The position numbers were made by a program, and so were the translations under genes. From the NCBI GenBank assembly GCA_963795405.1, contig CAWCHS010000004.1, forward strand, positions 279,674 through 343,673: 64,000 nucleotides of DNA. The letters are read 5' to 3'. The stretch comes from Vulcanimicrobiota bacterium (lineage in GTDB: Bacteria > Vulcanimicrobiota > Vulcanimicrobiia > Vulcanimicrobiales > Vulcanimicrobiaceae). The notes under the pieces are model-generated. The model worked only from the letters and a program-made list of their open reading frames with translations, did not search any database and had not been told where the DNA came from. This document shows, in pieces, positions 29,461 to 39,120 of this stretch; the stretch's first letter is position 1; every line of letters starts with the position of its first letter.

Positions 29461-31227
29461 TCAGATGATCTCCGCGGGCTTGCCGAGCTCGGCGATCCGC
29501 CGAATCGGTTCGATGATCTCGATCGGGCGGAACGGCCGGCCGTCGTACTTGCGCACGCCGTGGAGCGATTCGAGCGGGCCGACGACGCTGCGAATGAGGC
29601 GCTCGAGCTGTCCGGTGTAGTTGTTCTCGACGATGAACACGTGCCGCGCGCCGCCCACGAACTCGCGGATCGTGTCCTCGGGGAACGGCCAGAGCGTGCG
29701 CAGCTGCAGGAACCGGGTCAGCACGTCGGCGCGCCCGAGCCGCTCGACCGCTTCGCGGATCGGTCCGGTGTTCGCGCCGTAGCCGACGATCGCCACGTCG
29801 GCGTCGGCGACGCCGTGCAGCACCGCCTGCGGCAGATCGTCGCGCATCGCGTCGAGCTTGCCCATCCGCTTCTCCATCATCCGGGCGCGGTTGCGCGCGT
29901 TCTCGGTGATGACGCCGGCGTCGTTGTGCTCGGAGCCGGCGGCGAGGTGCATCCCGCCGAGGACGCCGGGGATCACGCGCGGCGAGACGCCGTCGTCGGT
30001 GAACGCGAAGCGCTTGTATTCGCCGAACGTCACCTCGCCGTCGTCGATCAGCTTGCCGCGCTCGATGCGCACCGTGTCGAGGTCGAATGGCGGAAGCGTC
30101 GCCTTGCTCTGGCACAGCGCCTGTTCGGTGAGCAGGAACACCGGGAGCTGATACATCTCGGCGAGGTTCAGCGCGCTGACCGCGAGCTCGAACGACTCGG
30201 CGACGGTCCCCGGGGCGAGCACGACGCGCGGAATCTCGCCGTGACCGCTGTAGATGAGATGGTTCAGATTGCTCTGCTCCGTCTTCGTCGGCATCCCGGT
30301 CGACGGCCCGGTGCGCGCGCACTCCACCACGACGACCGGGATCTCGAGCACGCCGGCGAGACCGATCGCTTCGGTCATCAGCGCCTGTCCCGGCCCTGAC
30401 GTCGCGGTCATGGCGCGCACGCCGGCGAACGCGGCGCCGAGCGTCATGGTGATCGCGGCGAGCTCGTCCTCCGCCTGCACGACGACGCCGCCGACGCGCG
30501 GCATCTCTTTCGACATCCACTCCAGGATGTCGGTCGCGGGGGTGATCGGGTATCCTGCCATGAAGCGGCAGCCCGCGACCAGCGCGCCGTAGGCGATCGC
30601 GTCGTTGCCCATCATGATGAGCCGGTCGCCGTCGTCCGAGGCGACGAGCCCGTAGCCGCTGGGACGCGAACCGAAGTGCTCGCGCACGTAGATCTCGCCG
30701 ACCTCGATCGCGCGCAGGTTGAGATCGACGATCTTCTCGCCCTTGCGGCCGTAGACGGCCCGCACGTCGGCGCGCACGATCTCCGGGTCCATCCCGACCA
30801 GCGCGCCGAGCGCGCCGAGCGAGATCGTGTTGCGCACCAGCGCCAGGCCCAGCTCTTCCTTCGCGAGCTTCTGCAGCGGGATCTCGTACCACGTCACGTC
30901 GTCGCGGCGCAGCTCGTCGGGGATCGCCTCGTCGGTGCTGTCGAACACGACGAAGCCGCCCGCTCGCATCTCGTCGACGTGCGCCTGCACCGCTTCGAGG
31001 TCGAACGCGACCAGCGCGTCGACGGCGTCGGCCATCCCGTAGTTCGCGCGCTCGCCGGCGCGGATCACGTAGTTCGTGTGGCCCCCGCGAATCCGCGAGG
31101 GGAAGTCCTTGTAGGTGTAGACCTCGAGCCCCATCCGCTTGAAGACACCCGCGATCAGATCGCCCGTCGTCAGGCTTCCGTCACCGGCCTGACCGCCGAA
31201 CATCACTTCGAGGCTGTTGAGGATCAC
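29461..31227 (-). CDS. korA: 2-oxoacid:ferredoxin oxidoreductase alpha subunit (gamma-alpha fusion)
   Basis: GGQAGDG, SRIRGGH, YPITP, QAEDE, TATSGPG, GPSTGMPTKTEQ. Confidence 0.93.
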   Translation of the reverse strand: MILNSLEVMFGGQAGDGSLTTGDLIAGVFKRMGLEVYTYKDFPSRIRGGHTNYVIRAGERANYGMADAVDALVAFDLEAVQAHVDEMRAGGFVVFDSTDEAIPDELRRDDVTWYEIPLQKLAKEELGLALVRNTISLGALGALVGMDPEIVRADVRAVYGRKGEKIVDLNLRAIEVGEIYVREHFGSRPSGYGLVASDDGDRLIMMGNDAIAYGALVAGCRFMAGYPITPATDILEWMSKEMPRVGGVVVQAEDELAAITMTLGAAFAGVRAMTATSGPGQALMTEAIGLAGVLEIPVVVVECARTGPSTGMPTKTEQSNLNHLIYSGHGEIPRVVLAPGTVAESFELAVSALNLAEMYQLPVFLLTEQALCQSKATLPPFDLDTVRIERGKLIDDGEVTFGEYKRFAFTDDGVSPRVIPGVLGGMHLAAGSEHNDAGVITENARNRARMMEKRMGKLDAMRDDLPQAVLHGVADADVAIVGYGANTGPIREAVERLGRADVLTRFLQLRTLWPFPEDTIREFVGGARHVFIVENNYTGQLERLIRSVVGPLESLHGVRKYDGRPFRPIEIIEPIRRIAELGKPAEII

Positions 31228-31405
31228 CAGGGGACCTCGCGTTCCGGCGCCGCTTCGTGAGGCGCCCACTCTGTCCACCGATGTTCCGAATGGCCAACCG
31301 CTCGACCTCCGGACGGCCCGAAAGCCGGCGCCTGCCTCCTCGGCGAGAACGGCGTCCACGCACCATGCGATCGCGCAATGCACCCGCCTTCGAGACGAGC
31401 CTCGA

Positions 31406-31624
31406 CTACATCGGCAGCGTCGCCGAGGCGTGCATGAAGCGGATCCAGGCGTCGAGGGCCCAGCCGACGATCAGGCCGGTGACGATCGCCGAGGCGAGCA
31501 GGATGGGGATCGTGCGGCGCGTGCGACCGCGCTCGGCGACCATGGAGTTGCCGATCGCGGCGACGATCGCCGCGCCGATCACGAATCCGACGATCCACCA
31601 GATCGCGTCGTTGCCGTCTCCCAT
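31406..31624 (-). CDS. Small two-TM membrane protein
   Basis: Two hydrophobic segments; lies 2 nt after the upstream stop. Confidence 0.5.
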   Translation of the reverse strand: MGDGNDAIWWIVGFVIGAAIVAAIGNSMVAERGRTRRTIPILLASAIVTGLIVGWALDAWIRFMHASATLPM

Positions 31625-31626
31625 CG

Positions 31627-32259
31627 CTACGCGCGCAATGCGGCGGCGCGCGTCGCGGCGTCGACCGCGAGGCGGATCGCCGTGTCGAGCCCGAGCGTCT
31701 CGGAGCACAGGACGAGATCGTACTGGCGGCTGTCGTACAGATCGGTGTTGAAGTAATGGCGCTGGTAGCGCTGGCGGGCGGCGTCGGTCCGCTCGATCCG
31801 GCGCGACGCCTCCTCCGCGTCGATCCCGTAGCGCCGCGCGAGCTGCGCGACGCGCCAGCTCTTGCTCGCCCGCAGCAGGATCGCCAAGACCTGGGTTCCC
31901 GCGGGGCGCCAGCCGAGGAGGCTGACGCCGCCGTGGCCGATCACGATGACGTGGCCGTGCGCGGCGCGCTCGAGGACGAGGCTGCGGACGCCGTCGACGA
32001 TGACGTTCTCCGGCTGCTCCCAGGTCAGCGTCACCGGCATCATCGCGCTCGCCGCGGCCAGGTCCGCGATGAGCTGCTGCCCGACCGGCGGGGGCCGCTC
32101 CATGCGCTCGGCGATGAACTCCGCCGGCAGGCCCTCCCGCTTCGAGATCTCCGCGATGATCGAGCGCTCGTCGAGCAGCGCGGCACCGAGGGCCGCGGCG
32201 ACGGCCTCACCGACGCTGAGCCCGCCCGCTCCCAGCTCGCGGGAGATGCTGACGATCAC
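31627..32259 (-). CDS. Cytidylate kinase-like family protein
   Basis: VSISRELGAGG, VIVIGHGG, YDLVL. Confidence 0.82.
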   Translation of the reverse strand: MIVSISRELGAGGLSVGEAVAAALGAALLDERSIIAEISKREGLPAEFIAERMERPPPVGQQLIADLAAASAMMPVTLTWEQPENVIVDGVRSLVLERAAHGHVIVIGHGGVSLLGWRPAGTQVLAILLRASKSWRVAQLARRYGIDAEEASRRIERTDAARQRYQRHYFNTDLYDSRQYDLVLCSETLGLDTAIRLAVDAATRAAALRA

Positions 32260-32361
32260 GCCGACCGTGTTCCCTGCGAACCCGGCGAGCAACCTCTGGC
32301 CCGCTCGGGAGTTCGCGCCGGGCCGCGCACGATTCCGAGGCGATCGGCCGATATGGTAAGC

Positions 32362-34971
32362 ATGGTGGAGAGACTCGCGCACGCCGAGGTATCGGACGCG
32401 GAGGGCGTTCGCACGTGGTTGGCCGAGATCGAGCGGACCCGCGACCTGACGCTTCCCCTCCCCAGGCTCGAAGCCGCAGCCGCGGCGCACGGTACGCTCG
32501 CGCAGCGCTTTGTCGACGGGCTCCGCGAGGAGATGGCGAACTTCCGCGAGATCGTCGAGGGCGCATCCGAAGCGGCGGCGCTCAACGCGCGTCAGCTCGA
32601 CGCGATCGCCGGCACCACCGCCGACCACAGCGCCGTCGTCGAGCAAACCGCCGCGGCGATCGCCGAGATCGATCGCGGCGCCGCCCATGTCGCCGACACG
32701 GCCGAAGCGCTTCGCGCGCAGGCTGGGACCATGGCCGAGTCGACGTCGCGCTACGACGCCGGGATCGATCAGGTGCTGAGCCGGCTCGACGCCGTCGCCG
32801 CGGCGGTCGAGGCCGCGGCGGCCTTCGCCGGCGCAATGGACTCGGGCTCCGGGCAGATCTCCGCTTTTCTCGACCGGCTCCGCCGCATCGCGCGCCAAGC
32901 CGGCCTGCTGTCGATCAACGCGGCGATCGAGGCCGCGCATCTGGGCGAGCGCGGTCGCGGCTTCGACATCGTCGCGAGCGAAGTCAAGAAGCTCGCGGCC
33001 TCGACCGACGAGTCGGCCGCCAACGTGAAGACGATCGAGCGCGAGCTGCACGACGCCAGCGCCCAGGTCGAAAAAACGATCAACGAATCGGCCTCGATCG
33101 TGCGCGGGCTGGCGCGCGATCTGCACGCGGCGCGCGAGCGGTCCGGCGCGACGCGCGAGCAGGTGCGCGAGCTGGACCGCGCGATCGGCGACGTCGCCAC
33201 CATCGCCGCCGAGCAGAGCGCGAGCCTTTCGAGCGTCGCCGGCGGCGTCGAGAGCATCGCCCGCCACGCGCATGAGATCTCGACCGCCGCGGAGCGCGCC
33301 GCGCGGCTCGCGCTCGGCGACGCGCTCGCCGGCCTGCAGGCTTCGATCGGCACCTACCGGCTAGGCGAGGGCGGCGCGCACGGCGCGCACGGCGCCGGCG
33401 CCCCGGTCGAGGTGGAGTCGCTTCCGCCCGCGGTCCGTGAGGCCGCTGGCGCCCTGCGCGCGCGGGTCGATGCGGACCAGCGCGAGCTCCTGCGCGGGAT
33501 CACCGCGATCGCGGTCTCGATCGCTCGCAACAGCTACGAGTGGCGCGCGATCGCCGACGGGCTCGTTTCGCTGCGCACGCAGCTCGAGGCGACGACGCAC
33601 GCGGTCGACGAGAACGCGGCCGGTGCCGAAGTGGCGGGCGGCGCGGCGCAGCGGATGCGTGAGTCGCTCGACGCGATGCGCGCCGGGTTCGGGTCGTCGG
33701 TCGAAGAGCTGCAGCGCGCGCTCGAGCGCGTCGTGCGCGTCCGCGAGACGGTCCAGCATGCCGAATCCTACGTCTCGGCGACGACCGCCGCGGGCGACCG
33801 CGCGGCGAAGATCCTCGACCTGATCGATGCGATCTCGAGCGAGACGACGCTGCTCTCATTGAACGCCGCGATCGAAGCGGCGCACGCCGGCGATGCCGGC
33901 GCGGGCTTCGGCGTGATCGCCGACGAGATCCGCCGGCTCGCCGAAGGCACCTCGCAGGCGACCTCCGAGATCGCCGGCGTGATCGCGGGCGTCGCCGAGG
34001 CGAGCGGCTCGATGTCGCGCACGACCGCCGCGGCGGTCGCGCAGACCGCCGGCGTCTTCGACGAGACGACGCGGATGCAAGGCACGGTGGGTGAGCTGCG
34101 CAACGAGCTGAACGGAACGCTCCAGCAGGCGTCGGAAGTGGCCGGCGTCGTCGAGCAGCAGCTCGCCGCCCTCGCGCAGGTGCGCACGGCGACGCAGATG
34201 GCGCTGCGCCGGGTCGAAAGCGACACGGTCGCGGCGACCGACAGCCGCCGCCTCGAGCTCGCGCTGCTCGGGATGCGCGCGCACGGGCTCGCGGCCCGCC
34301 GCCCGCTCGGGATCGTCGCCGAGTCGATCCGCTCCCTCGGCCACAGCGTCGCCGAGCAGATGGACGCGGTCTTCGACGCCGTCATCGCGCGCCGCGAGCT
34401 GCGCCTCGACGACTTCTTCGACACGAGCTACGTCGAGCTCAAGGGCCCGCTGATCGCCCGCCTCGGACGCTTGTTCGACGTGTCGAGGGTCCCCGAGAGC
34501 GGCTTCAACCCCCCGAAGTTCGAGACGCGCTACGACCGCTTCGTCGAGGACGGGATCGACGCGATCATCGACGCGTCGGTGTCCCGCCATCCCGCGATCA
34601 AAGCGATGTTCGCGGTCGATCTGAACGGCTTCTGCTTCGGCCACTACCGCGACTGCCGGCGCGACTGGACCGGCGTTCGCACGACCGACCTCGACCACAA
34701 CCGCATCAAACGTTTCTTCGAGGACGACTTGAGCCTGCGCTGCTCGCGCGTCGGCCTCGGCGCCGGCGCCGACGATCTTGCGCGCCGCACGGCCTACGCG
34801 ACGTTCCGCGAGCGGAGCTGCGCCCTCACCCTCGACGGCGAGCGCCCGTGGGCGATCTACACCTACGCCCGCGACACCGGGATCGTCTACAACGACCTGT
34901 CCGTCGCGCTCTACGCCCAGCGCCGCCGCATCGGCACGATCCGCATCATCTACGACGCCGACGTCGTCTGA
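32362..34971 (+). CDS. Soluble methyl-accepting chemotaxis protein with two MCP signalling domains and a C-terminal sensor-like domain
   Basis: Two hairpin-tip motifs (LLSINAAIEAAHLGERGRGF and LLSLNAAIEAAHAGDAGAGF); no TM segment; C-terminal PPKFETRYD...DLNG...NRIKRFF...YARDTG. Confidence 0.85.
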   Translation: MVERLAHAEVSDAEGVRTWLAEIERTRDLTLPLPRLEAAAAAHGTLAQRFVDGLREEMANFREIVEGASEAAALNARQLDAIAGTTADHSAVVEQTAAAIAEIDRGAAHVADTAEALRAQAGTMAESTSRYDAGIDQVLSRLDAVAAAVEAAAAFAGAMDSGSGQISAFLDRLRRIARQAGLLSINAAIEAAHLGERGRGFDIVASEVKKLAASTDESAANVKTIERELHDASAQVEKTINESASIVRGLARDLHAARERSGATREQVRELDRAIGDVATIAAEQSASLSSVAGGVESIARHAHEISTAAERAARLALGDALAGLQASIGTYRLGEGGAHGAHGAGAPVEVESLPPAVREAAGALRARVDADQRELLRGITAIAVSIARNSYEWRAIADGLVSLRTQLEATTHAVDENAAGAEVAGGAAQRMRESLDAMRAGFGSSVEELQRALERVVRVRETVQHAESYVSATTAAGDRAAKILDLIDAISSETTLLSLNAAIEAAHAGDAGAGFGVIADEIRRLAEGTSQATSEIAGVIAGVAEASGSMSRTTAAAVAQTAGVFDETTRMQGTVGELRNELNGTLQQASEVAGVVEQQLAALAQVRTATQMALRRVESDTVAATDSRRLELALLGMRAHGLAARRPLGIVAESIRSLGHSVAEQMDAVFDAVIARRELRLDDFFDTSYVELKGPLIARLGRLFDVSRVPESGFNPPKFETRYDRFVEDGIDAIIDASVSRHPAIKAMFAVDLNGFCFGHYRDCRRDWTGVRTTDLDHNRIKRFFEDDLSLRCSRVGLGAGADDLARRTAYATFRERSCALTLDGERPWAIYTYARDTGIVYNDLSVALYAQRRRIGTIRIIYDADVV

Positions 34972-34980
34972 CGCCGGCGC

Positions 34981-35922
34981 CTACGGGCGCAGGATCGCCT
35001 TGCCGTGGATCTCGCCGGCCTTGACCCGCTCGAGCACGTCCGGTGCCTCGGCGAGCGGGAACGTGCCGGCGATGCGAACCGTCAGCGTGCCCGCGAGGAC
35101 CATGCGGGCGACGGTTTCCAGGCCGTCGGGCGAGGACTGCGGCGTCTGGTTCATCACGATGTTGTACGCGCGAATGCCGTGCTGGGTGAACCAGGCTTCG
35201 TCCGCGACGTGGGTCGTCGTGACCAGCTTTCCGCCGGGTTTGAGGATCTCGGCGTTCTTCTTCAGCGTCTCGCCGTCGCTGACCAAATCGAGGACGAGGT
35301 CGATGCCCTCGGCGTGCGCGCGCTTCACCTGCGTGAACGGATCGCCGGCCGAGGCGTCGATCACCTCGTCGACGCCGAGCTCGCGCGCTTCGCCGGCGTC
35401 GCCTTTCACCGTCCCGATCACGTGCGCGCCGCGCGCCTTCGCGATCCGCGCGGCGTGACCGCCGACGGCGCCTGCCACGCCCGCGATGAACAGCATGGTC
35501 CCTTGCCCTGCGCCGAGCCATTCGATCGAGGCGAGCGCGGTGAGCGCCGGCGTCGGCAGCGCGGCCGCCGCTCCGTCGCCGAGGCCGTCCGGGACCGTCG
35601 CGACCGGCTCGGCCTGGACGTTCGCCGGCACCACCGTCTTCTCGGCGTACGCGCCGTGCGAGCGCGCGACGCCGAACACTCGCTGTCCTTCGCGCAGCCG
35701 CGTCACGTTCGCACCGGCGCGCTCGACGACGCCGGCGAAATCTTGCCCGAGGACGAGCGGAAAGGGGCGCGGCCCGGATTTTCCGTCCCGCACCTTCCAG
35801 TCGATCGGATTCACGCCCGCCGCGGTGATGCGAACGAGCAGGTCGTCCGGGCCGGGCTGCGGATCGGGGACGTCGCGGAGCGAGCCCCGCTCGCCGAACC
35901 GATCGATCGCGATCGTACGCAT
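34981..35922 (-). CDS. NADP-dependent oxidoreductase (quinone reductase/MDR)
   Basis: AAGVNPIDWK, LGQDFAG, GVAGAVG, GKAIL. Confidence 0.9.
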   Translation of the reverse strand: MRTIAIDRFGERGSLRDVPDPQPGPDDLLVRITAAGVNPIDWKVRDGKSGPRPFPLVLGQDFAGVVERAGANVTRLREGQRVFGVARSHGAYAEKTVVPANVQAEPVATVPDGLGDGAAAALPTPALTALASIEWLGAGQGTMLFIAGVAGAVGGHAARIAKARGAHVIGTVKGDAGEARELGVDEVIDASAGDPFTQVKRAHAEGIDLVLDLVSDGETLKKNAEILKPGGKLVTTTHVADEAWFTQHGIRAYNIVMNQTPQSSPDGLETVARMVLAGTLTVRIAGTFPLAEAPDVLERVKAGEIHGKAILRP

Positions 35923-35974
35923 GGACGTGCTATTCCCGCGCAGGCCGCGCGGCGAACGCGCCGCGCCGCGGGCG

Positions 35975-36973
35975 CTAGAGACGGCCTTCGAGCAGGCGGA
36001 TCGAGGCGGGCGGTCCCGCCGCCACGATCTCGTCGCCGGCGGCGAGCACCTTGGCGCCCGGCGGGCGAAACTCCATCGCGCCGCTGCGCTTGATCGCGAG
36101 GACGATCGCTTCGGTGTCGGCCGAGACGAGCTCCGCGAGCGAGCGGCCGATCCACGGCGAGCCCTCGCGAATCGTGAAGTCTTCGAGGATGAGCTGGCCG
36201 TTGTTCGCCGTGAGCACGGTGTCGACGAAGTCGACCGCGGTGGGGCGCATCGCGAGGCTCGCCATGCGGCGCCCGCCGATCGTGTACGGCGAGATCACGC
36301 GGTTCGCGCCGGCCAGCCGCAGCTTCTGCTCGGCGTCTTCGCGGTTCGCGCGCGAGACGATGAACAGGTCGGGCTTCAGCGTTCGCGCCGAGAGCGTGAC
36401 GTAGATGTTGTCCGCATCGCTGTCGACCGCGGTGATCAGCCCGCGGGCGCGCTCGACGCCGGCGGCGCGCAGCGTCGCGACGTCCGACGCGTTTCCGTGC
36501 ACCACGGTGAAGCCTTCGCCGATCGCGCCCTGCAGCGAGCTCTGGTTGATGTCGACGACGACGAAGGCGATGCGCTCGGCGGTGAGGTCGTGCGCGATCT
36601 CGCGGCCGACGCGGCCGAAGCCGCACAAGATGAAGTGCTCGCGCATCTTAGCGACCCGGCGCCGGATCCGGCGCCCCTCGACCTGCTGACCCAGCTGCCC
36701 TTCGATCACGTACGCGACGAGCTGCAGCACCGTGTAGGTCAGCACGCCGAAGCCGAACACGACGACTAGGATCGTCCACCACTTCCCCGCGAGATCCATG
36801 CGTCGCGGCTCGCCCCCGCCGATCGTCGTGATCGTGGTGATCGTCATGTAGAACGCGTCGAACGCCGACCAGCCCTCGAACGCGACGTAGCCCGCCGTGC
36901 CGAGGACGATCACCGCGAGGAGCGCGGCCGCCGCGATGAGCAGCCGCCGCGGGAGGATCGAGGAGACGTTCAT
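35975..36973 (-). CDS. Two-TM potassium channel-like protein with RCK (TrkA-N/TrkA-C) domain
   Basis: AFYMTITTITTIGGGE pore, CGFGRVG, GNASD...LRAAGVERA. Confidence 0.88.
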   Translation of the reverse strand: MNVSSILPRRLLIAAAALLAVIVLGTAGYVAFEGWSAFDAFYMTITTITTIGGGEPRRMDLAGKWWTILVVVFGFGVLTYTVLQLVAYVIEGQLGQQVEGRRIRRRVAKMREHFILCGFGRVGREIAHDLTAERIAFVVVDINQSSLQGAIGEGFTVVHGNASDVATLRAAGVERARGLITAVDSDADNIYVTLSARTLKPDLFIVSRANREDAEQKLRLAGANRVISPYTIGGRRMASLAMRPTAVDFVDTVLTANNGQLILEDFTIREGSPWIGRSLAELVSADTEAIVLAIKRSGAMEFRPPGAKVLAAGDEIVAAGPPASIRLLEGRL

Positions 36974-37539
36974 ACACCGGAGCGGCGCTTCTTCGCGCGC
37001 AGCTCCGCTTCCACCGCTGCGCGGAGCGGCTGCCGCGCATCGTACCAGGCGTCGGCGAACGAGCGCAGGATCGCGCCGGTCAGTCCCCAGACGCGACGGC
37101 CGTCGTAGTCGAGGATATGGCTCTCCACGATGCGCTCGGCGAACGAGATCGTCCCCTCGGTGAGCGCGTCGCTGAGGATGATCTCGAGCGGAATCGTGAA
37201 CACCGCCGCCGTCTCGCCCGCATCGATCGTCAAAGGACCCGGTTCGACGACCCCGACGAACGGCGTCACGTCGAAGACGTTCACGCGCTGCGAGACCATC
37301 GGCAGCTCGCCGACCAGGTGGACGCGCTCGGGCGCGACGCCGACCTCTTCGTGCATCTCGCGCAGGGCGGTGCGGCGCAGGTCGTCGCCGTCGGCCGGAT
37401 CGACGGCGCCGCCGGGGAGCCCGATCTGCCCGGGATGGTTCTTCAAGTGCGCGGCGCGCTCGACGAAGATCACGCCGTGCGGCGGCGAGGCCATGATCGC
37501 CAGCGTGACGGCGGCGCGGCGGCGCGGCCGGGGCGTCAT
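36970..37539 (-). CDS. Nudix hydrolase, CoA pyrophosphatase-like
   Basis: HPGQIGLPGG and ALREMHEEVG Nudix box; VWGLTGAIL. Confidence 0.88.
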   Translation of the reverse strand: MTPRPRRRAAVTLAIMASPPHGVIFVERAAHLKNHPGQIGLPGGAVDPADGDDLRRTALREMHEEVGVAPERVHLVGELPMVSQRVNVFDVTPFVGVVEPGPLTIDAGETAAVFTIPLEIILSDALTEGTISFAERIVESHILDYDGRRVWGLTGAILRSFADAWYDARQPLRAAVEAELRAKKRRSGV

Positions 37540-39080
37540 CGGCGGACCGGGCGCATCGCCAGCAGACCGTCGTCGTAGTCGAACCACAAATCGAAAAAAC
37601 GCAGCTCCTGCGTCCCGATGATCCCATCGAGCGCGATCGAGATCGCGTCGCTGCGCGGGTTCGCCGACTCGGTGCCCACGATCAGATCGCGAAACTTCAC
37701 CGGGCCGAGGTCGAGCTCGTCGACGCGGCGCGCGGTGAGGGCGATCGAGCCCTCGAGATAGTCGTCGGTGCGGTACGGTCCGCGGCGCGGGAACGCCGCG
37801 GGCTTCCAGCTGCGCTCGATCTCGGTGCGATGACGGTCGACGAACGGCGCCAGCACGTTCGGCATCGCGGAGCCCGTGTCGAGCGCGAAGCGATCGCCGG
37901 TCGCATCGCCGATCCGCACCTGGACCAGCGGGATCCCTTCGCCGACGTTCATCCGGAGCACCGCGATCTGCGGGTCGTGAAACACGCCGGCCGCCTCGTC
38001 GGCGCTCAGCACCTCGACCTTCTTTCCGGCGTAGTCGACGTGGATGACGTGCCCGTAGAAGAAATCGCCGCCGAGGATCCCGTCGACCCCGAAGTCGGTG
38101 GGGATCGCGAGCACGGAGGCGTCGGCGAGCGCGAGCGGGCCGACGCGCAGCAGCGGCAGCGTCGCATGCTGCAGCGTCGTCGTCACGCGCCGGCCGAGCA
38201 CGCTGCTCGCGACCTCGATGTCCTGCGTCCCCGTGTCGAGCACGAACTGGCGCTGCATCCCTTCCATCTCGACCGCGACGACGATGCGGTCGCCGTCGAA
38301 CCGCGCCGGCAGGGTCACGGCGCGCGGCGTGCGCGCGGCGGGCTCGAAGAGCCGCCGGTCCTGCGGCAGCGCGACGTCGGCTTCGGCGACCGGGCCGGGC
38401 TGCACCGCATCGACGCTCACGTCGAGATCGTCGGCGCGCTCGCCGTCGCGCACCTGCCACGCACGCGGGCGCCGCGCTCCGTTTTCCAGCGGGTCCGCAG
38501 TGAACCGGTCGAACGTCGTCTCGACGTCGTACTTTCCCTCGCGCGTGATCTCGCGAACGATCGCGCCGCTCGCTTCGTCGACGAAGAACCAGTGCGGCTT
38601 GTCGTGCGGCGCGCGGTCGACGACGACCCAGGCCGGTGCGGGACCGGACGTTTCGCCGCTGAGCTCGCAGTCGGCCGCCGAGAACGGAAAGAGACTCTGT
38701 GGAAGCCGGTCGAGCGGATCGCCTTGATCGTCGGACCAGGTCGCGTGCACGATCCCGTTCGCGTCGGCGCGCCAGCGCACGCCGTGCAAGCGTCCCGCCT
38801 CGTACGTTGCCGAACCGAGCCGAATCGTCGAGCGAAAGTCGTCGCCGCGCACCGCGACGTCGACCGCGATGCGCCGTTCGCCGGTCGCGTACGTCCAGCG
38901 CTCGCGCCGCTCGCGCGGCGCTGCGGCGCCGGCCGCCCGCGCACGAACCGCGAGCACCTCGAGCAGGGTCGCGCTCGTCGCATGCAGATTCGCCGGCCGC
39001 CACTCCGACGCGCCGGCCCGTGCCGCCGGCCCTGCGAGCGCAAGAGCCGCGAGAAGCGCCGTCGCCCCCAGCCGGTTCAT
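37536..39080 (-). CDS. Secreted protein with two retropepsin-like aspartyl protease domains
   Basis: Signal peptide; FVLDTG and FALDTG; DGILGGDF and DGIIGTQEL. Confidence 0.75.
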   Translation of the reverse strand: MNRLGATALLAALALAGPAARAGASEWRPANLHATSATLLEVLAVRARAAGAAAPRERRERWTYATGERRIAVDVAVRGDDFRSTIRLGSATYEAGRLHGVRWRADANGIVHATWSDDQGDPLDRLPQSLFPFSAADCELSGETSGPAPAWVVVDRAPHDKPHWFFVDEASGAIVREITREGKYDVETTFDRFTADPLENGARRPRAWQVRDGERADDLDVSVDAVQPGPVAEADVALPQDRRLFEPAARTPRAVTLPARFDGDRIVVAVEMEGMQRQFVLDTGTQDIEVASSVLGRRVTTTLQHATLPLLRVGPLALADASVLAIPTDFGVDGILGGDFFYGHVIHVDYAGKKVEVLSADEAAGVFHDPQIAVLRMNVGEGIPLVQVRIGDATGDRFALDTGSAMPNVLAPFVDRHRTEIERSWKPAAFPRRGPYRTDDYLEGSIALTARRVDELDLGPVKFRDLIVGTESANPRSDAISIALDGIIGTQELRFFDLWFDYDDGLLAMRPVRR

Positions 39081-39120
39081 CGGCCCGGCGTTCGCTTCGG
39101 GCTGCGGCCTTTCCCGGACG

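Noticed and set aside
31756-32361. N-terminal extension of the MCP to 1071 aa
   Set aside because: Overlaps the cytidylate-kinase-like gene on the opposite strand and has shadow-like composition
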